NCBI GenBank assembly: GCA_040260805.1
Contig: JBDQPD010000031.1
Location: 1-34,082, forward strand
Source: Myxococcota bacterium
GTDB lineage: Bacteria; Myxococcota; UBA4151
Length of the DNA stretch: 34,082 nt
Direction of reading: 5' to 3'
Part shown: piece after piece, positions 27,652 through 34,082 of the stretch
Position numbering within the stretch: the first letter of the stretch is position 1
Layout: every line of letters begins with the position of its first letter
Position numbers and translations under genes: made by a program
Notes under the pieces: generated by a model
Seen by the model: the letters and a program-made list of their open reading frames with translations, nothing else
Databases searched by the model: none
Told to the model about the DNA's origin: nothing

Positions 27652-28427
27652 GGCGTCGTATCCCTGATCTCGGTAAACTGCTCTTTGTGCTGCCCAATTT
27701 GTTCACCATGAGCTCAGTGCTGTGCGGTTTTTACGCGATGACGACCTTAGCAGCTAGCGATGGCGACCCGCACAGTTTTTTGAACGCAAGCCTTGCTATT
27801 GTTTTCGCAGGATTTTTTGACGGTATGGACGGTCGCGTAGCGCGTCTGACCAAGACTCAAACCGACTTCGGTGTGCAGCTTGATAGCCTGGCGGATTTGA
27901 TCAGCTTTGGCGCCGCACCAGCCTTGCTGGTCTATCAATGGGCCTTGTCCGAGATGGGTTGGCCCGGTCTGATCGCCAGCTTTTTGTTTCTGGCTGCAGG
28001 AGCCGCTCGTTTAGCCCGCTTCAATGTGATGTCGGCGCGTGGTGATAACCCAAGCAACGCATTTGTCGGCTTGAGCATCCCTTTAGCCGCAGTCGCTGTT
28101 GTGAGCTTAGTGGTGGCTTGCATTAAGCTTGATGTCGAGGGTCAAGCGTTTGATCGCTGGGTCGCAATGTATGTCATTTTGCTTGCGGTTTTGCAGGTCA
28201 GCACGGTGCGTTTTAGAAGCTTTAAAACACTCAAGCTTAGCCCGATTTCAGTCGTCGGATTGATCGTGGCGCTGGTCACCCCAATTGCGATTGCCCTGAG
28301 CTTTGGTCAGCCTTGGCTGATGCTGCTGATTTTCACCGGAGGTTATATCGGGTGGGGTTTAATCGAGCAGGTTTACCATCTGTTGCTCGGTAAAGGCACC
28401 GACGAGGTGACCCAGGATTCGGCTTAG
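27648..28427 (+). CDS. pssA: CDP-diacylglycerol--serine O-phosphatidyltransferase
   Basis: LPNLFT, CDP-alcohol motif DGMDGRVAR...FGVQLDSLADLISFG, RLARFN, FVGL, S.VRF.SFK. Confidence 0.92.
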   Translation: MRRRIPDLGKLLFVLPNLFTMSSVLCGFYAMTTLAASDGDPHSFLNASLAIVFAGFFDGMDGRVARLTKTQTDFGVQLDSLADLISFGAAPALLVYQWALSEMGWPGLIASFLFLAAGAARLARFNVMSARGDNPSNAFVGLSIPLAAVAVVSLVVACIKLDVEGQAFDRWVAMYVILLAVLQVSTVRFRSFKTLKLSPISVVGLIVALVTPIAIALSFGQPWLMLLIFTGGYIGWGLIEQVYHLLLGKGTDEVTQDSA

Positions 28428-29890
28428 CAGCGCTCGGTTGCGCTCGCCCATTGCGCTCGCTGCTTGGCTCGCCAGTCCTCGTTGCGCGCGGGTGAGAAGC
28501 TTTTCTCGGATCGCCAATGGTCGCTCAATCCATCGAGCGAGCCGAAGACGCCAACGCCTAAACCGGCGACTAAAGCTGCGCCTAAACCGGTCGCTTCGAG
28601 CATCGGTGGTCGATCGATCGTGACTGCGAGTAGATCGCTTTGAGTTTGCATCAGCAGGTCATTAGCAGCCGCGCCGCCGTCGACGCGCAAGCGCGCTACC
28701 GACCCGCCCGCGTCGGCGGCGACGGCGTCGAGTAAGTCAACGATCTGTAAGGCGATCCCATCGAGGACCGCTCGAGCGATGTGAGCTTTGGTTGTGCCGC
28801 GGGTCATACCGAAGAACGCCCCTCGGGCGTCCGCTCGCCAGTGCGGCGCGCCCAAGCCGGCAAGGGCGGGGACAAACACGACCCCTCCAGCGTCGGGTAC
28901 CGATGCCGCTAAAGCCTCGATATCTGATGACCGCTCGATCATGCCCAGACCATCGCGTAGCCACTGCACCGCAGCGCCCGCAATAAAGGTAGCGCCCTCA
29001 AGCGCATAGGTCGTCTCACCCTTAAGTTGCCAGGCTGGAGTCGCTAACAAACCACGCCTCGAGTGAACCGGTTTAGCGCCCACATTAGCGAGCAAAAATG
29101 CGCCGGTGCCGTAGGTGCATTTTGCGTCACCTTGTCGAAAGCAGGCTTGACCAAAGAGCGCCGCTTGTTGGTCGCCTAAGACACCGTGGATCGGGACCCC
29201 ATCGGGCAGACCCGGGATCTGTTGGGTGTGCCCAAAGAGCGCGTCACAAGAGCGGATCTCAGGGAGCATGGCTTCGGGAACACCGAGCTGGTCAAGACAC
29301 CAGGCGTCCCATTGGGTGGTCTCAAGGTTCATCAAGAGGGTGCGGCTCGCATTGGTCACATCGGTCGCGTGAACCGCGCCGCCGGTCAGACGATGGATCA
29401 GGAAACTGTCGACCGTGCCAAAGGCGAGCTGACCCGCTCTGGCTTGATCGTGAAGTTGATGCTGATCAAGAATCCATCGGACCTTCGTGCCGCTGAAATA
29501 AGGATCGAGGACGAGCCCGGTACGCTCACTGAACTGCTCACCAAGCCCTTGGGCTTTGAGTTGATCACAAAATTCGGCTGTACGGCGGCATTGCCAGACA
29601 ATGGCGCGATGTACTGGTCGCCCTGTTTCTCGGTCCCAAACGATCGTCGTTTCGCGTTGGTTTGTGATGCCGATCGCAGCCAGATTTAAACCTTCGGGAT
29701 GTCGCTGGTTGAGCTCGCTGATCGTATCCTTCACCGACGCCCATATCGCTTCGGGGTCATGTTCAACCCAGCCAGGCTGTGGGTAGTGCTGGTCAAACTC
29801 TCGATAGGACCTGTCTACCACTTCTTGCTGCTCGTTAACCAATAAGCAGGTGGTTCCGGTGGTGCCTTGATCAATCGCTAAAAGATGCAT
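28424..29890 (-). CDS. glpK: Glycerol kinase
   Basis: AIDQGTTG, GITNQRETT, WQCRRT, DPYFSGTK, TNASRT, GDQQAALFGQ, KCTYGTG, RVDGGA. Start moved to ATG 29890 (AGGGGA upstream). Confidence 0.96.
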   Translation of the reverse strand: MHLLAIDQGTTGTTCLLVNEQQEVVDRSYREFDQHYPQPGWVEHDPEAIWASVKDTISELNQRHPEGLNLAAIGITNQRETTIVWDRETGRPVHRAIVWQCRRTAEFCDQLKAQGLGEQFSERTGLVLDPYFSGTKVRWILDQHQLHDQARAGQLAFGTVDSFLIHRLTGGAVHATDVTNASRTLLMNLETTQWDAWCLDQLGVPEAMLPEIRSCDALFGHTQQIPGLPDGVPIHGVLGDQQAALFGQACFRQGDAKCTYGTGAFLLANVGAKPVHSRRGLLATPAWQLKGETTYALEGATFIAGAAVQWLRDGLGMIERSSDIEALAASVPDAGGVVFVPALAGLGAPHWRADARGAFFGMTRGTTKAHIARAVLDGIALQIVDLLDAVAADAGGSVARLRVDGGAAANDLLMQTQSDLLAVTIDRPPMLEATGLGAALVAGLGVGVFGSLDGLSDHWRSEKSFSPARNEDWRAKQRAQWASATERC

Positions 29891-30043
29891 GTTATCCCCT
29901 TGGGTGCCAGCCGATCGAAGCGTGCCCGAACCAGGCTGGAAAGTCATCAGATCAACTTGCTTGCATAGGCCTCCTAGCGCGACATCCGTAGGGCGCCTAT
30001 ACTCCGACCATCACGAGCCGCATGGAAGCGACCGACCTCTAAT

Positions 30044-32785
30044 ATGCTGCAGCAAATATCTCCCTTTGAAATTTGGATCGACCCACGAGATGACGAGGCG
30101 CTCACGCGTCGACTCGACGCCGTTCTAGGGCAGGAGCGCTGGCGAGTAGCGACCCCTGAAGAAGCCCTCCTCGGTATCTTCACCGATCGCGAAGTGCCTG
30201 CTGATCTCGACCCTTTTTTGCCTCTGATTGCTCTGCATCCAGAGGTTGATCGCGGGTTGGCTGGTTCGTGGATTCAGGCGCTGCCTGATCCCAGCGATGA
30301 AGAGCTTCTTGATGCTTTAGAGAGCCTCGCCGCGCTGCGCGAGATGGAGGTTTTCGATCGGGCGATTTTTGAAGCGCTGCGTCACCACTCAAACGATGCG
30401 ATCTACTTACTCGATGACCAAGGTTACTTTGTCTTTGTTAATCGCATGTTCCAGGAGCTGATGGGCCTGAGCTTTGAAGAGGTGTGTCGACCGGATTTTG
30501 AGTTCGCTCGCCTGGTCTCGCCTCTGGGTATGGCGGTCATTTCGGCTCGTGAAGAAGCCCTCCGAAAAGGCGAAGACAACCCCGTGCAGTACGAGTTTGA
30601 AGCTGCGGACAGCCGCGGTCGGTATTTTCCGGTTGAGGTCAGCACGGCGCGCATCGTCTTTCGGGGGCGCGTCGCCACGCTCGGTATTTTGCGCGACATC
30701 TCAGAGCAGCAACAGGTCCGTCGTGCGCTGCAGCGCCAGAACCGTGAGCTGAGTATCCTCAATGATGTCGCCACTGTGGTAAATCAGGGCGTCGAGCTTG
30801 ACGCCGTGTTGGATCGTACGCTGCAGTTGTTGGCTGATCAGCTTCATTTCGACGCGTATATAGCGACCCGGTCGGAAGCTCGAGACGGACTGTATCGAGT
30901 CGTTGCTCAGCGCGGTCTGCCGCCAAACATGTGCGCAGATATTGCTAAGCAAGAGGCCTATGAGGTGCCCCGCCAAGCCTGCGTCTCAGAGAAGTCGATC
31001 GTCTTCCCTGATCTGCGCGAGGCGGCGGATGAAGCGGTTTTGATCCACCCGAACATCGCTCAGTATTTCCGCCTCAAATTGTTGGTTCCTATTTTTCATG
31101 GCGACCGGGCGATGGGTACGCTTCAAGCCTACAGTCGCGACCCGGGCGATTACGACACGCGTGATGCCGATCTAATCGCTGGCGTCGCGAACCAACTTGG
31201 CCCGGCAATGTATCGTAATCGCCTCCATGAGGAGCAAGAGCGACAAATCAGCCACCTAAGAAGTCTCGATAACTTGGCAACAAGCATCGCTGAGTTCGGC
31301 TCAACGGGCGATCTGCTCGAGCGGGTAGCGGATACTGCTCATGAGATCGCTGCGAGTGATGCGGCAACCCTTTGGTGGGTCGATGAAAACGGGCAACTCA
31401 TCGCTCGCCTGCAGCGGGGCGAGGATGACGTTGTTGAGCTGAGCGAGCGATCGCTCAAGAGCTTACATCATGGTCCGAGTTGGCTCGATAATGACGGACG
31501 CCTGGTGGTGGCGATTCGGCAAGGCGGGGAACTCCTGGGGGCGATGGCATTTCGTTGGTACCGGGTCACGCTCGAGCTTGCGGCGCGTGTTGAAAGTCTG
31601 GAGCTGCTCGCAAGTCATGCCGCCCTTGCTCATCACCATGCGCGTCTCCAAAATGAGCGGGATCGAGCGCTTCGAGCGCGTTTCGAGTCGGAGAAGCTTG
31701 AGGGTCTAGGCCGCTTAGCTGCTGGTGTTGCGCACGATTTTAATAATATTTTAGCTTCGATTCTTGGTCGCGCTCAGCTGCTCAAAAGGCAGCCACTCAG
31801 CCCAGAGGTTATCGATTCGTTGTCCGTGATTGAGCAAGCAGCGCTCGATGGTGCGGGGACGGTTCGAAGGGTTCAGGAGTTTTCGCGCCAGACCCCCGAA
31901 GCAACCGACGAGCTAGCGGTCGCAGATCTCACGCAGGTGGTGCGCGACACCATCGCCCAGACGGAATCGAATTGGGAGCGACGCGGCGGCGGGGCTGTCG
32001 AGCTCGATCTCGATGTAGCCGATCGGGTGATGGTGAACGCAGACGCTCGAGAGCTTCGAGAAGTGCTCACTAATCTTATTCACAACGCCTTGGACGCGAT
32101 GGAGGGGGGCGGTAAACTGCGTTTAGCGACCAACCTTGAGTCCGAGTTTGGGCTGTTGATCTGCGGCGACGATGGAGCGGGTATTCCCGATGAGGTGAAA
32201 GAGCGGATCTTCGACCCCTTCTTTAGCACCAAAGGGATCGAAGGAACCGGGCTGGGTTTGGCGGTGAGCTTTGGTATCGTTCAGCGCAGTGGTGGAACCT
32301 TTGATGTGCAAAGCGTGGCTGGCGTGGGCACGGTGTTCACCTTGCGCTTGCCAGTGGCCAGTACTCAGGCCGAACCCGAGCCAGAAATTGAGAGTTCGGC
32401 GATTCCCTCGGCCCAGGTTAGCCACGGTGGCCGGGTCTTGGTGGCCGAAGACGATGATATGGTGCGCGAGTTGTTGGTGCACATCTTATCGGATGGTGGA
32501 TATGAGGTGAGCGCCGCTTGTAATGGGCGCGAAGCGCTACTTATGATTCCAGAGATAACGCCGGATTTGGTGCTGTCCGACTTGGGTATGCCCGAACTCG
32601 ATGGTTGGGGCCTCGCAGAGGCGATGCAGCGCGAACATCCGGATGTACTTCTTGGCTTTATTACAGGGTGGGGGGCCACCTTGGATATGGAAGAGGCGCA
32701 GCAAGCCGGCGCGTCGCTTGTCCTGGCCAAGCCGTTCCGATACGAGGAGGTGCTGAAACAGGTCGCTAAAGTGCTTAGTCCCTAA
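30044..32785 (+). CDS. Soluble hybrid sensor histidine kinase (PAS-GAF-GAF-HisKA-HATPase-REC)
   Basis: PAS (DAIYLLDDQG.FVFVN...LRDISE), two GAF-like segments, H-box AHDFNN, N-box NLIHNALDA, FDPFFSTK, GTGLGL, receiver AEDD...SDLGMP...KPF; no obvious TM helix. Confidence 0.93.
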   Translation: MLQQISPFEIWIDPRDDEALTRRLDAVLGQERWRVATPEEALLGIFTDREVPADLDPFLPLIALHPEVDRGLAGSWIQALPDPSDEELLDALESLAALREMEVFDRAIFEALRHHSNDAIYLLDDQGYFVFVNRMFQELMGLSFEEVCRPDFEFARLVSPLGMAVISAREEALRKGEDNPVQYEFEAADSRGRYFPVEVSTARIVFRGRVATLGILRDISEQQQVRRALQRQNRELSILNDVATVVNQGVELDAVLDRTLQLLADQLHFDAYIATRSEARDGLYRVVAQRGLPPNMCADIAKQEAYEVPRQACVSEKSIVFPDLREAADEAVLIHPNIAQYFRLKLLVPIFHGDRAMGTLQAYSRDPGDYDTRDADLIAGVANQLGPAMYRNRLHEEQERQISHLRSLDNLATSIAEFGSTGDLLERVADTAHEIAASDAATLWWVDENGQLIARLQRGEDDVVELSERSLKSLHHGPSWLDNDGRLVVAIRQGGELLGAMAFRWYRVTLELAARVESLELLASHAALAHHHARLQNERDRALRARFESEKLEGLGRLAAGVAHDFNNILASILGRAQLLKRQPLSPEVIDSLSVIEQAALDGAGTVRRVQEFSRQTPEATDELAVADLTQVVRDTIAQTESNWERRGGGAVELDLDVADRVMVNADARELREVLTNLIHNALDAMEGGGKLRLATNLESEFGLLICGDDGAGIPDEVKERIFDPFFSTKGIEGTGLGLAVSFGIVQRSGGTFDVQSVAGVGTVFTLRLPVASTQAEPEPEIESSAIPSAQVSHGGRVLVAEDDDMVRELLVHILSDGGYEVSAACNGREALLMIPEITPDLVLSDLGMPELDGWGLAEAMQREHPDVLLGFITGWGATLDMEEAQQAGASLVLAKPFRYEEVLKQVAKVLSP

Positions 32786-32842
32786 AGGGACGGGCGCAGA
32801 GGTTTTTTCCTGCTACGCTCTGATTTGAAAGCGAGGATTGAT

Positions 32843-34082
32843 ATGGGATTCCGCCCGCACTTTCTGGGTTTGATGTTTTTGGCTGTTAGCCTGACCAACT
32901 GTTCATGTGACGAAGTGGTTGTCGTTCAGGTCGCTGCGCGTATTCAACTGAGTGTCCCAGAAGGTGATCAGGTCTCTCCCTTGTGCGAAGGTGACAGCAC
33001 CAACTGCCAACTCGCTTTTGGTGAGGTGCCTCTGGCGACCTGGACCGAACGTGTTGTGCACGTGAAGAACCCGGTGAATCTCAACCTTGAGGTCGCTGAC
33101 ATCCGCCTGAGCGAGGACTCGGACCCCTCCTTTGAGCTGGTCGCACAGCCGGTCTTGGTCAGAGGCGGTATCACCGCAGAGTTCAAGGTGCGGGTCCGAC
33201 CTAGTGTCGAGTCCGACGTCCGTGGGACGGTCGAGATCATCTCGAACGCCACCAACGGCGAGAGCATGGACGAAGACTGCAGCTTCCCAGATTTTGCGTG
33301 GCAAGGTGACCCCGAGCAGGTGCCGATGTCGCCGCCGAAGAGCTGCTACATCACGCGCATCGAGTTGGTCGCCTCGGGCGTCGACCTCGGTGTTCCGCAG
33401 ATGGTCTTGATCCCGATGCCTGGAATACAGGCTGCAGATGGAACCAATGCGGCGTGCGACTTTGGCGCTGTGGGTCAGGGCGATACGGCAGTTTGCCGGA
33501 TTCAGATCCGCAACGTTGGCCAGCGCGTTTTGACACTTGATGATCTGATCTTCGATCCGAACAATCCTTCAACTCGTCCGGATCCCGAATCGGATCCGGT
33601 GCCGGTGTTCCAGTTTGGTGGCAGCGTCAACACACCGATTATGATTGAAGCAGGCGCTGCTGCGAACTTGGTGGTGAGCTTTGCTCCGCCTGGTCTCAAC
33701 AGCTACGAAGGCAAACTTAGCCTGCAGACGAACGATCCTCGCTTTCCGAGACCTGACGGCGTCGAGATCGATTTGCGCGGGATCGGTCATCAAGCCCCGA
33801 TCGCTCGCTGTGATATTCACTCGGTCGATGGTGAGATCGAGTTTGTCATCGAAGATGATATCGAGCCGCTCTCTGATGTCCGCTTGACCGGCGAGGAGAG
33901 CGAGACCGAGGTTCAAGGTGCTGACATTGAAAGCTTTGAGTGGACGATTCTTTCGGCGCCGGATGGCTCGACTGCGGATCTAGATGACCCGGGTTCGATG
34001 CAGCCCGGCTTCCACTTTGAGAACTCCGGTCGCATGCGCGCTGGCGTCGATCTAGCGGGCGCCTATGCTGTGCAGCTGATTG
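32843..34082 (+). CDS. Partial lipoprotein with ASH/choice-of-anchor-D-like Ig domains and a PKD-like domain (3'-truncated; absent from ORF track)
   Basis: I translated an open frame from ATG 32843 (GAGGA SD) to the window end: MGFRPHFLGLMFLAVSLTNCSCD..., FGEV...VKN, DFGAV...IRNVG...L, VSFAP...GKL.LQTNDP, FEWTILSAPDGS, DLAGAYAVQL. Confidence 0.8.
   Translation, partial: MGFRPHFLGLMFLAVSLTNCSCDEVVVVQVAARIQLSVPEGDQVSPLCEGDSTNCQLAFGEVPLATWTERVVHVKNPVNLNLEVADIRLSEDSDPSFELVAQPVLVRGGITAEFKVRVRPSVESDVRGTVEIISNATNGESMDEDCSFPDFAWQGDPEQVPMSPPKSCYITRIELVASGVDLGVPQMVLIPMPGIQAADGTNAACDFGAVGQGDTAVCRIQIRNVGQRVLTLDDLIFDPNNPSTRPDPESDPVPVFQFGGSVNTPIMIEAGAAANLVVSFAPPGLNSYEGKLSLQTNDPRFPRPDGVEIDLRGIGHQAPIARCDIHSVDGEIEFVIEDDIEPLSDVRLTGEESETEVQGADIESFEWTILSAPDGSTADLDDPGSMQPGFHFENSGRMRAGVDLAGAYAVQLI

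Overview
Chromosomal window from a moderately GC-rich bacterium, most likely Myxococcota or a related deltaproteobacterium. That placement is inferred from the myxobacterial Cys-rich repeat, Cys-rich lipoproteins and sigma54-type promoters. The window is densely coded and rich in DNA-metabolism genes. In order: partial gyrB facing gyrA tail-to-tail; mrp/apbC; a complete lexA-imuA-imuB-dnaE2 mutagenesis cassette; a thioredoxin-like [2Fe-2S] ferredoxin; tldD-tldE; a large beta-helix/Cys-repeat/RCC1 lipoprotein; a hypothetical membrane protein; a class II glutamine amidotransferase; a comM / mini-RecA / ribbon-helix-helix operon; nrdAB; tatA-tatC; a degenerate GH13-like protein; a Cys-rich lipoprotein with pssA; glpK; a PAS-GAF-GAF hybrid kinase; and a partial Ig-like lipoprotein missing from the ORF track. 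I saw no rRNA, tRNA, CRISPR array or transposase. The most notable observations are: (1) a translationally coupled comM / 160-aa RecA-core / RHH operon behind an IHF plus sigma54-type promoter; (2) two identical perfect palindromes AGACATATGTCT on the lexA promoter, a candidate SOS box I do not recognise; (3) a 17-aa motif repeated three times with identical protein sequence but many synonymous changes; (4) a GH13 pseudo-enzyme; (5) convergent gyrase genes with palindromic and alternating purine-pyrimidine DNA upstream of gyrA. All homology calls were made by eye from motifs; no searches were run.
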